From: Podarcis cretensis | Taxonomy: Eukaryota | Direction: 5' to 3' | NCBI GenBank assembly: GCA_951804945.1 | Contig: OX638149.1 | Location: forward strand, 75,702,001-75,766,000 | Length of the DNA stretch: 64,000 nt | Part shown: positions 24,537 to 35,360 of the stretch, one piece after another | Layout of the letters: every line of letters begins with the position of its first letter | Numbering within the stretch: position 1 is the stretch's first letter | The notes under the pieces: generated by a model | What the model saw: the letters and a program-made list of their open reading frames with translations, nothing else | Database searches by the model: none | Told to the model about the DNA's origin: nothing | Position numbers and translations under genes: made by a program

Positions 24537-25101
24537 ACGAGGTGAGCGAGCGATGGGTGCACGTCAAGATCGGCTATTTTTTAATACTTAGAAACGGGTG
24601 CAAGTTTTTTTAGGGGGGGGGGTTTCGATCGGCCTTGGGAAGCAGCTCGCCCCTCCCGCTCCGCCCTGCCTCTCGGAGAGGGGCGACCTCTCGGGCGTGA
24701 CTGGTCGTTTGCAGAACAGTTGGGGCCGCTGCCAAAACTTGGCGGGGATTGCAAGGGAATGGGAAGGTAGCGGAGGCTTGCAAAAGGAGCCTCTCCTGAC
24801 TGATCAGTAGGGTGTGTTCCTCATTCTTCTCCTCCGGGCCCCCGATCTGGAGTAACTTCCTGATGGTCAGATATTGCATGGGGCTTGCTTGCTTTTTCTT
24901 TCTTTTTTTTAAAGCCATTCCGCCCCCTCCTCCACCGCTTTTGCTGACTCATCAGTTGCTCCTCGGGGGAGGGGAGAGCGAGGGGCGGGGGCGGGCGGGG
25001 GAGTCTCTTTGTATCGGCCAACAACTCCGTCCAGTTGCGACGTCGCCCGGGAGTCCTCTGTGCAAGTTTGTGCTATGTATGCGCTTGCTCTTCTCTTGCA
25101 G

Positions 25102-25865
25102 ATTTTGCACTACAACACCGAAGTGATTGTTTCCTTGGAAACACAAGAGCTTGAGAGGCCCTTCCTCCTCCACACGTTAAAAGGGACTGGCAAGAGAGAC
25201 CCAGAGTAGGGAGGAAGAATCCCCTGGTTGTGTGTGTGTTTTTTTCTTCCCCGTTTTGTTTTTTTCGTTCCTCCTCTTCTACTCGTGCCCCAGAAGGAAC
25301 TGCTTGTACCTCCATGTAGCAAAAGTGGCCCGACTACAAGCCACCTGACGGAGCAGTGTTAATTTACAACTGTGCAATGTATTACGTTTTATATATATTA
25401 AAAATGTATTATGCCTAATGTGAGTACACTGGCCAGAAGTGTAAAAGCTTTAAAGTCATTTATATAAATGTTTAATCTCTGCTGATCTCTCAGTGCAAAA
25501 CAAACAAAAAATGTATATTTGTAAAAAAACAAAACAAAAAAACAACTTAAGAGTTATACTAACTTATATTTTCTATTTATGTCAAGAAAAAAAAGCGGAT
25601 AACTTTGGTTGACACCCAGTAGTCTGTTTTGTGTGTTTGGTTTTTGTTTTTCTTATTTGGTTAAGCCAAAGGGCACTATATATTTGCTTTTTTGTTATTT
25701 ACAAAAATGTAAATTTATTTTTATAGTGGGTTTTTTTTGCATTCACAAAATGTAGCTATGAATCAAAATTAGTTATTACTTGAAAATAAATCTGATACAA
25801 TGGTTCCTGAGCCGGTCTGTACCACTGCCACTGCAAATTTATGCCACAATGTTAAAATAAAAAGG
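25102..25865 (+). other. CDKN1C: CDKN1C non-coding last exon (3' UTR)
   Basis: Donor GAG|gtgagc after 24541 and acceptor ttctcttgcag| at 25101. AU-rich sequence with AATAAA at 25785 and 25856. The 3' end is approximate. Confidence 0.75.
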
Positions 25866-28829
25866 AATCAAATGTCAATAAGCTGCCTTGGTGTTTATAG
25901 CTTTTATTCTTATCACCCTGTGATTGGAACCCCCACCCCAGTGCACACAATTTTATTTTCTTTGGCTTCTTAAAATTCAGTGTAACATCACTGTTAATAT
26001 TATGCAATAACGGTCATTGGTTCCTTATGTAAGAGCAGAACTGTCAGCCTCTGTGTACTTTGAGAGCAAACCTGAAGGATAGACTGACATTAGATTAAAG
26101 TTATGTTCACCTCACACCTGATTAAACAACTTGCATAAGAAAGTTTGGCTGCAGACGTTGTACTGCACAAAAATCACACTCAAGGCAATCTTAGCCCTAT
26201 TCCATTGTCTTTCTCCCACACCCAGTGGATACCTGCATTGAAGAGAAAAGCTGGGTATCTCTTTGGCCCTACCACACTGTCTCATCCCCATGTTTCAGAC
26301 CCACTACCTGTCTACACCTTGGGATGGGAGCAGGGAGCCTACTCTCATGGCTTAATCTTTTTTTTCCTTTTTTTTTTTTTTTTTGCACCACCACCATCTA
26401 ACATCAGAAAATACCATTATTAGCCTTATTAACTAGTACAAGGAAAAACATAAGCCATAAAACACAAGCATCCTTAAATCACATTCAAATAAAAGTCACA
26501 TTCAAATTCTCTGCCGTGAATGTCCCAGTACCACCAGTCTGGTATGGTTCACACTGGAGAGACAATCTACTCACCTGTTTACGCAAAACACAAATTTGTA
26601 TCACATGGACTACCAAAAAAAGCAGTCCAGCACTGAATATGAACTGCTAGCTATGTCTTTCAAATTGTGATTTGCATAAACAATATTTTTCAAGGTACAG
26701 AGATACACACATACATAATTTTACTTGTATGCTGCCTTTCCATAGTTAAAATACTGGGGCGGCTTATAACATGAAAAAAATACATAATTACAAATACAAC
26801 AAAAGTCACGAACAATAAAACCTCAGAAAGTACACAACTAAACTGAACAATTTCCCCATATATGATAAAATAATATGAGAAAAAGAACTGTTAAGATCTA
26901 TATAATAAATTTTGAAAAATGCAAAAATAAAATTGTTAAAACGATAAAAAAAATTACAAATAATTCTCAACAGCGACAACCCCCCAACAACAACAACCCT
27001 AAACAGTACCCCCAGCACTGTATTTACTGCATGTAGGATGGCTTATTAACTTTAATCCTACCTGCATCTTGGAACATAGATGTGCCATGCCTCCCTCTAG
27101 AACATCCCTGATTATTGGCAATGGTGGCTGTGAGCTGGGGATCGAAGCAGCATCTAGAGGGCCATAGTTTTCCTAGCCATGCTTTGGAAAGAAGGATAAT
27201 TTTATTTCAGTAGCACTGGCTTATACCTTATAATATTTAAGACTAGAGGTGCAAAGCGTCATGAAGCTAAACTGCTCAGCTGCAAAGGCACAGGATGACT
27301 GCAATTAGTTGATTCCATGGATGCCTCCTGTGGAACAGTGGGAAAGGGAGCAGCAAGTTAGAATACACTGTGAAATGCATGGTGGTGGGTTGAAAGCCTG
27401 TTGGCTCTTTATACGCTTGTAAAGGTGCACTCTAGGTGTTGTGTGTGTATTGGAGGCACACTGTTTTTGTCAATAGAAAAGCCATGAGGAAGGAATTTTC
27501 TATCGCCTTCTGAAAATATCATTGGCTAATGTCTTTAAAAGGTATGTATACTCTCACTGCCCTGTGATCTTCAGATGAAGGGTGGTATGGAAATTTTATA
27601 ACAATAACATTTGTTTTTAGGTGGGAGTTGAGAAATCAGTGTTAGTATTGCATAAGATCTGACATCCATCTTTTGAATATATTTGCTTCAAAAGAAGCCC
27701 CATTCATTTCTATGGAAGCAAATGTGGTTCTGATTGTAGCCCATAAGGGGGGGAAATGTTTTAAGTATGGCTCAATGGGACCTTCTGCCATAATTCTGTA
27801 CTCCAGCTCATGTCCAGCGATTGTGCACCACATTGTTAAGATGTACCCATAAAACACAGTGCCCAATACAGCCTAGAAGCAATTGCGCTGATGTAACGAA
27901 CACCTGCTTTCAGCAATGTGCATTGTAAGAGGTCCATGAGCCTGTGAGATATGATTGGCTCCATCTCCTCTCTTGAGCTTAAAATGGCAAACGGGCATCC
28001 GTCAGTATGCTACTAAAAGTATCACTCTGTATGATGTCATTCAAAGTTTAGGACTCCATTGTTAAGAGAAGTGTTTCGATTCAATGAACTCGGTAAATAT
28101 TTTGCCAATGATCACAACAAAATGCAGGTTGCATTTCAGAGAGGTACTCCACATATTGCGATCTGGCCACCATCAATAAGACATAAAGAGATGTAATGGA
28201 AGGACCTCAACAACCAGTATCCTGTTTCAGTCTCTTTCTCTGCAGCCTCCAGTTCCCCTGACGTGTGCCATGCCTTGGCACACCCCTCATACACTACTGC
28301 AAAGATTTGAACTGGCCGTTTAAATCTCCTAGTGACCCGTTATTTATGGATCATTGGCACGATAAACCACAGTGGCTTTTCTGCCATGTCAATGCACTCA
28401 GGGAGCCCTTAATCCTTAACTCAATAGCTGAGAGCCATTCTGGTCTTGTCCACAATAGCATATATCTTTACAAAATATTGCATCTGTTGTGCATGCTTCC
28501 AAAGGCCTTCCAGCACAGCCATAAATTTCCTGGAATGTCAAAATCTTGGCCTTTAATTAAATGTGCCTTATCTCTCACTCACTCACACATACAATATAGC
28601 CAGATAGATTAAGGCTGTAAGCCTAAGAGACTTCAAAATAAGTGCCAAGCAAACCGATGGGACTTATTTTCAGGTAACACATATAAGTAAAAATTTATAG
28701 CATTCTTATTTACATGAACCACTGATTTCAATGGAACTTTACATAAAATTGCAATCAAAAGCTTTCCTCAAAACTTACTGAAGTCCAATTGCAATCCGAA
28801 CTCAGAAGTAAACAGATATTATTATTATT

Positions 28830-29094
28830 TATTGAATTTGTTAGACGTTTTATCTTGCCCAGGGCAACCCAAAGAAACTTACAACCAAACAGATGGACAA
28901 ATAAGTCGGGGGGGACCCACATAGATATATTAAAACCAAGAGGAAAAAGAAATACATTAAAAACATCCCACCCAGTTCTAAAAGGTCACAGTTACTTAAA
29001 GATCAGTGTTGCCTAGAGCCCAGGCAAGCTTCCTTAGAGAGAACATTCAACAAATGGGGAGCCAGCAAAGAAAAAGCCCATTCTTGTATTGCCA
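28830..29094 (-). mobile_element. Old L2-like 3' fragment
   Basis: Minus-strand AFSLLAPHLLNVL resembles the L2 AFS.AAP.LWN.L motif. Confidence 0.45.
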
Positions 29095-29892
29095 TCCTCC
29101 TCCTCCTCTGGCAATCACTCGTAGCTGAGCAAGACTGTCTCCATAAACACCATTTTAACAATGAATCCATAAGTGACTGTGGAGGCCAATTCTGAATCCA
29201 CACATCCCTTCCACAGTGGGGACATTGGTTTCCGGGCGGGAGTTGATCACGGTGTTGATTTACCAAGCGTGCCTTCCTCTTAGCACATTTCTCCCTTGCA
29301 TCCTGAGTTCAAGTGTCTTCAAAGCCCATGACACCTTTGGTAAAGGCTGTTCTCCAACTGGAGCGCTCACAGGCCAGTGTTTCCCAGTTGTCGGTGTTTA
29401 TACTACATTTTTTTAGATTTGCCTTGAAACAGTCTTTAAACCTCTTTTGTTGACCACCAGCATTATGCTTTCCATTTTTAAGTTCAGAATAGAGTAGTTG
29501 CTTTGGAAGACGATCATCAGGCATCCATACAATGTGACCAGTCCAACGGAGTTGATGTTGAAGAATCATTGCTTCAACACTGGTGATCTTTGCTTCTTCC
29601 AGTACGCTGATATTAGTTCATCTGTCTTCCCAAGTGATGTGTAAAATTTTTCGGAGACACCGTTGATGGAATCTTTCAAGGAGTTGGAGATGGCGTTTAT
29701 AAGTGGTCCATGTTTCACAAGCATACAGTGAAGTTGGTAGTACAATAGCTTTGTAAAGAAGCATTTTGGTTTCCCTGCGAATGTCCCAGTCCTCAAACAC
29801 TCTGCACTTCAATCGGGAGAAAGCCACATTCGCAGAGCTCAGGCAATGCTGGATTTAGGCATCAATGTTTCGGCAATGCTGGATTTCGGCAT
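29095..29892 (-). mobile_element. RTE-clade LINE 3' fragment
   Basis: Encodes TKMLLYKAIVLPTSLYACETWT...QLRWTGHIVWMPDDRLPKQLLYSEL...CPHCGR; trinucleotide tail. Confidence 0.88.
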
Positions 29893-30062
29893 TTACTTAC
29901 TGCGGAGTGTGCAGAAGCTTGCAATCCTGTGCACGATTATCACAGAGTAAGTGTGAGCAAATATGCCTAGTACTACTGGGTTGTAGGAGTGCAACTTTAC
30001 TCACTCAGGAGGTTAACCCATTAAAAAGAATCCAACTCGATGGTCCTGGGGCGGCTCCTCCC

Positions 30063-30208
30063 CAGTGGCATAGCTGGGTTGTCAGCACCCGGGGCAAGGC
30101 AAGTAATTTGCGCCCCCTAACCCGTGGATTTGCGCCCCCTAACCCTAACCCCCAGATGTTGCGCCCGGTGCGGCCGGCCCCCCCTGCACCCCCCACGCTA
30201 CGCCACTG
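30063..30208 (+). mobile_element. hAT-type MITE (second copy, near-identical)
   Basis: Same TIRs and interior, with 8-bp TSD CTCCTCCC. Confidence 0.9.
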
Positions 30209-30299
30209 CTCCTCCCTCCTTAGATGGCCACGTGTGTTATTTCACTTGCTTCAAAATGTGGTAAGCAGCCAGCCCTACTGACTTCCCGTCCAGCCCTAC

Positions 30300-31460
30300 T
30301 GCACTACTTACTGAGCCAAATTCCTGGCCTGACGGCACCGTCGATCCAACCCCAATTCGTGGGGCTTCCGAGTAAACAGATCCAGAATTTAGGATCGCGC
30401 CGTAAATGGGAAGATCTGGATTCTAGTAGCTTGAGCAAAGGAGATTGATTTTGCAATTCTAAGGGAGGGCTGTTAATCCGTCTCCCCAAATTACCCGTCG
30501 AACAATAGGTAATTAGGAGCAGTAAATTGAAACTGGTCTGGAGTCTTGTGTGTGTGTGTACGAATATCTTCAGGGCTTTACGGTAACTTCTGCGTCTCGT
30601 TTACACGCCCCCCCCCCCCTTTATGCAGCGCTCTAATATTCATAAGTGGCACAGGAGTGACCCTTGTTCCTCCGCCCCTTCGGAGCCCGGCGCTCTCGGC
30701 CGCCTTCGCCCCGCCCTTCCTCCCGCCCCGCAGCTCCGAACTCGGCGGAGTTTCTTTGATCCCGGGACGCGCTTCCCGCTCAAAGAGGGCGCTTCCTTGC
30801 GAGTCAGTGGCACCCAAATGCAGGGAACCTCCTTCCAAGTAACAGGTCGCTCAGAGAAAGGGGCTATTCGGAGCGGGACCTGCTCCCGCCTACCCCCGCC
30901 CCCGTCCGCCAAGTTACTTTTAACTTGTGGAGTCGCGTGAAAACAGTCGTCGTAAAGCGGCCTTAGGCGGCTGCAAGGGCTCCAGGGAACCAAAGTCTGG
31001 AAAGGCGCTGTCGGGGCGTGTGTGTGTTTTGAAACTCTGGGAGCCGCCATTCCGGATCCTTTGTACGCAACGTGGAAGAAGCAGTCTTCCAGGGACCACT
31101 CGCTTCCTTTCAATGAATGCTTGCTAGGACCTGAGTGTAGCGGGAAATGAAGCGGGGGAGGGGGGATGGGCACGGCGTCGAGGGTGCAGGAGGAGATTCC
31201 GTGTGCAGTTCAGAAGCCAGGCTCGATTTCTCCGCAGTCTGCAGAAAGGAGTGAGACTCCCGCATGGGGGATCCTGGCTTTGATCTTGCCCCGCTAAGTT
31301 GGGCTTGGTCGGATCCAGCTGATAGAAAAGCCCTGCCTTGGGCGTGTGTGCGTGTGTGTGAACTTGTTCCCCTCGGGTTCTCCCTTCCCTTCCCTTCCCC
31401 TCCCCCACCTTCAGCTACAAAGCGATCGCCGACGGTATCTTCTTCCGACCTACAGGGTTG
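30300..31460. promoter_or_regulatory. Orphan CpG island / candidate enhancer or promoter downstream of CDKN1C
   Basis: CpG-rich, not TE-like, GC boxes (ccccgccc), and a cluster of FOX, SOX and homeodomain motifs at 30370-30530. Confidence 0.6.
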
Positions 31461-33849
31461 GTCTGTGGGGTTGTTTGGATATCAGCTCCTTAGAGGAGGT
31501 TCCTTGAGAGGTATTAGTTATTGTGAGAGGCATTTCGACTCCTGCATGAATCAAGCGGCCCCTGGATTCTGGATATCTTCTCTCCTCTCCACCCGGTGCC
31601 CCGCTCCTTTCTTTTTATATTAAAAAGAGTAAGAGAAGTCCGATACGACACAGTACATATTCTAAGCCAGGGAAGCTTTTTAAGAATCCAGCCGGTTGTA
31701 CTGATTTAAAACAAAATCTTCTCTCCCTCGAAGTTCTTCCCCGGGATTAAGCTCAGGCACCGCCCCCTCGGCATAAAAGTAACCTTGATTTACGTCCAAA
31801 CTGTATGATCACTTAATCAAGAGAACTGGATGTTTTTCATAGGCCTCTCTGCCTATGGCGCTGGTTGGAGGCGATTGTCTCTTTTGAAAGGTGAAAGTTG
31901 GGTGGGTGGGGGGGAAGGAGCCTCCCCCCTCCTTATTAAACGCCAACAATACATGGAGGGAGGCAGCTGGATCCTCCAGGATTTATGGGCTTTTCTCTTG
32001 CTTTCATGCAAGCAGGTGTCTCTGGGGCTGCCATTGTCTCAGCCCACCCCACCCCCATGGCTAAGAATAGGAGCTTCTGAAATGAAAGATCCGCAGGCCT
32101 CAGCCTTCAAATGGCCCGGCCTCGGCTGCTGCAGCCCTCCGCTAAGGTGCAAGAAGCCACCCTCGGGCAGTTATTAAACTGATTTAGGAGTTTAGCTGCT
32201 TTTCAAAGCATCCTATTTTATCTGTACACAAAGAGCTTGGCGAGCGGCACAGCAGCTAACCTTGAATTCTGGATGCTCCCGCAAGGGTTTTAAGATCTAG
32301 AGATTAGCTCCCATTGAAGAGCAGCACTTCAGCTATCTTGGGGAGTGGGGGTGTTTGTTTGCCTGTTTTGCTTTTTATTTTGGCTTTTCCAGTATCTTTG
32401 CTGTTGCACGCTATGTCAAAATCGGCCACAGTCCAGAGCTAAGGGAAATGAGTGAGCTTAAGCACACCTGACCCTTGGGGGCGGTGGTCTGTCCTTAGTT
32501 TATCATCCTTGTACACCAGTATGAATTTCTGCCAGCCTCTCAGGATGCTTCCAGATGGGAGCTTATTGTGGGATAAGAACACCTCATCCATGTATGCAAC
32601 AACAGCACCTATGGGCAGATCCACGTCATACATTCAAAACACATCCAGCACACATTTAAAGCAAGCAATTTACCCCAAAGAATTGTGGGAACTGTTGTTG
32701 TCCCCTTACAGAGCTCCAGGTCTCAGCATACTTACCAAACTGCAGTTCCCAGGATTCCTTGGGGGGAGTAATATATCCTAAATATGCATTGAATGTGATT
32801 TAAATGTATGGTTCAGATCTGCCCTATGTCGTTGGCATCAAAATGCAAGTCTGTATTCAGCTACCCTTTATTCTGGGTTTAAGTTTTTTTTATAATAATA
32901 AAAAAAAACCAAACAGACTGTTGCCAACTAACCATTTGCAATATCTCAATGACTTGCTTGCAATATAAAGGCCCAGTCTGGAAGTACCCTCAGTCCACTT
33001 CCATTTGATGCCTATGAAAGCTCCAAGCTGCAGCAAACCAGTGGCTGAAATCTTGGGGTGTTGAGAGGTGGACATTATGTTTAGCATTAGACTAGTGGGT
33101 GTTCCAATCTGGGCTAGGATGCTGCAGGACATTCCCAAATTGGTTTTTGCAGCTGCTGCTTCTGCTTTATAGAAATGTATGCTCCATCACGAGTGGAGAA
33201 GCCTTTGTAGAAGTTAGAAACCAGGAAAATTGTAGACAGGACACCATTTATTCAGTATTCATCCTGAATGGTTTGTAGGGAGTTAGATCAAAGCAAGTCT
33301 TTACCCACGCTATGCAGCACATTTTCCAGTCACTTTCCTTATCACAAAAAGTGTTCTTTTGGGGAAGCAGGTGACCTTCCAATCAAATTATGATTCTGCA
33401 TTCTGAATTTGCCAGAGTGTGGCTGAATCCCACCCGAAAATAGTGACAGCCTGGAAGCACCAAAATGTCAAAAGAAGGGGGAAAAATAATACTGTTTTGA
33501 GTTTCCAAAATGTCATGGAAACGGAATTGTGTTGTTCAGTTCTGTTATAATGATAGCTAGGTGAATTGACAGAATTAGAAGAGAGGGCAAAAGCTGAGGT
33601 GGTGTACAAATGTCTAGTGAAAATTATCACAGGCTTATAAATAATTTAGAAATTTGTTGATTTGGTTTCTCTCTTAGGAAAAAGTTACAAGTTGACAATG
33701 TGTTAGTATGCTTGTCGGTCATACATATCACAATATGAATTGTTTTTTATAAGGCAGAAGCCTATGTAACAGCAGGAATGGGGGATTGGTGGCCCTCATC
33801 CCTGACTATTGGCTATGCTAGCTGGGGCTAACGGGAGCTGGAGTCCAAC

Positions 33850-35360
33850 ATAAGAAGAGCCCTGCTGGATCGGACCAAAGACCCATTTAGGCCAGCATCC
33901 TCTTCTCACAATGGCCAACCAGATGCCCATGGGAATCCTGCAGGCAGGCCCTGAGTCCAACAGTCCTCTCCTCACTTGTGATTCTCAGCAACTGATATTC
34001 ACTGTCTCTAACAGTGGAGGCAGAACATAGCCATGGACAGCCCTCTCCTCCATGGGTTTGTGTAAACCTCTTTTAAATGCTACCCAAGTTGGTGGTCATC
34101 ACTACATCCATCTTCTGACAGTGGATTCCATAGTTTGCCTATGTGCTGTGTGAAGAAGTACTATTCTTTTGCCTGCTGAATCTTCCAAGATTCAGCTTCA
34201 CTTGATGCATTATGAAAGATAATTGGCTCATTGGACGTCCACTTTCTCAACATCACACACAATTCTGTACACCTCTATCATGTCTCTCTGCGCTTCCTTC
34301 TGAACTAAAATGTCCCCAATATTGTGACCTTTCCTAATAGGGGACTTCAGCCAACACCTTGATCATTGTAGTTGCCCTTTCTGAACTGTCTTCAGCTCTA
34401 CAATGACCTTTTTGAGGTGAGGCAACCAGAACTGAACACAGTATTCCAAGTGTCCCTGGTATTTTTGTATATTTGTATAAATGTCATTAGGACACTGGCA
34501 TTTTTATTATCTATCCCTTTCCTATCCCTAACATGGAATTCACCTTTTTCACAGTTGCCGCACACTGGGTCGACACCTTCATCAGCTATCCATTATGGCC
34601 CAAAGGTCTCATTCCTGGCGATATCAGACCTTGTTAACTTATACGTGAAATTAGGGTGTAATGGCTTAGGTTTTTTTAATGCCTCAATATGATGCTTACG
34701 TTGCTTTGCCTTTCTACTGCCCATTCACCCAGTTTGGAGAGAACCTTTTGGAGCTCCTTACAATCACTTTTTGTTTAGATCCTCCTGAACAATTTGGTAT
34801 CATCAGCAAACTTGGCTACATTATTGCTCACAAGTCCCAATATTGATCCTCAGGGAACTCCCTCCAGGTAATTCCTTTTTCCTAGCATGGAATTTGCTCC
34901 CCCCCCCCCACAGCTCCTTCATACTGAGAGGGCATTTTCTATTAGCTGTCTACCATGGCCCCACAATCCTTATCTGGTGTGAAGATTTTCTGCTGTAGTG
35001 TGCATCACTTTAGGATGAAGCTCTCAGTTCTTCCTTATGAAAGTCTTCACCGTCTACCTGGATTTTCACTACTCTGAATAATTAGGTGTTATCCTAAAAC
35101 TTGGGCCTTTCTCTGGCTCCCTCCTAACTCCAGTTCTTTTATGAGAAAGTTAAACAGCACTGGTTCCAGTACAGATCCTTGGGAGAACCCATTTCGGCAT
35201 GCCATCTTTCTCTGTTGTGAGCTGTCCATCTATTCCCACTCTACTTCTTTTTGTTTAACCAGTTTCTAATCTGTAAGAGGATCTGTCCTCTCATCCCATA
35301 GCTGCAAAGTTTAGTCATAAGCCTTTGATGAGAGACTGTCAAATGTATTTTAGATGGCCA
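33850..35360 (-). mobile_element. Degenerate CR1 LINE fragments
   Basis: CR1 3' tail and decayed RT-region sequence on the minus strand. Confidence 0.55.

Larger units (their letters stand above)
22650..25080. promoter_or_regulatory. CpG island covering CDKN1C
   Basis: Visibly high GC and CpG density compared with the CpG-depleted flanks. Confidence 0.85.

Noticed and set aside
23050-24570. Several antisense and alternative-frame ORFs over CDKN1C
   Set aside because: These are expected in GC-rich, stop-poor CpG-island DNA, and none has a recognisable domain.
30546-31623. ORFs of 98-177 aa in the downstream CpG island
   Set aside because: Low-complexity P/R/G/A products in several frames, with no domain or splice support.
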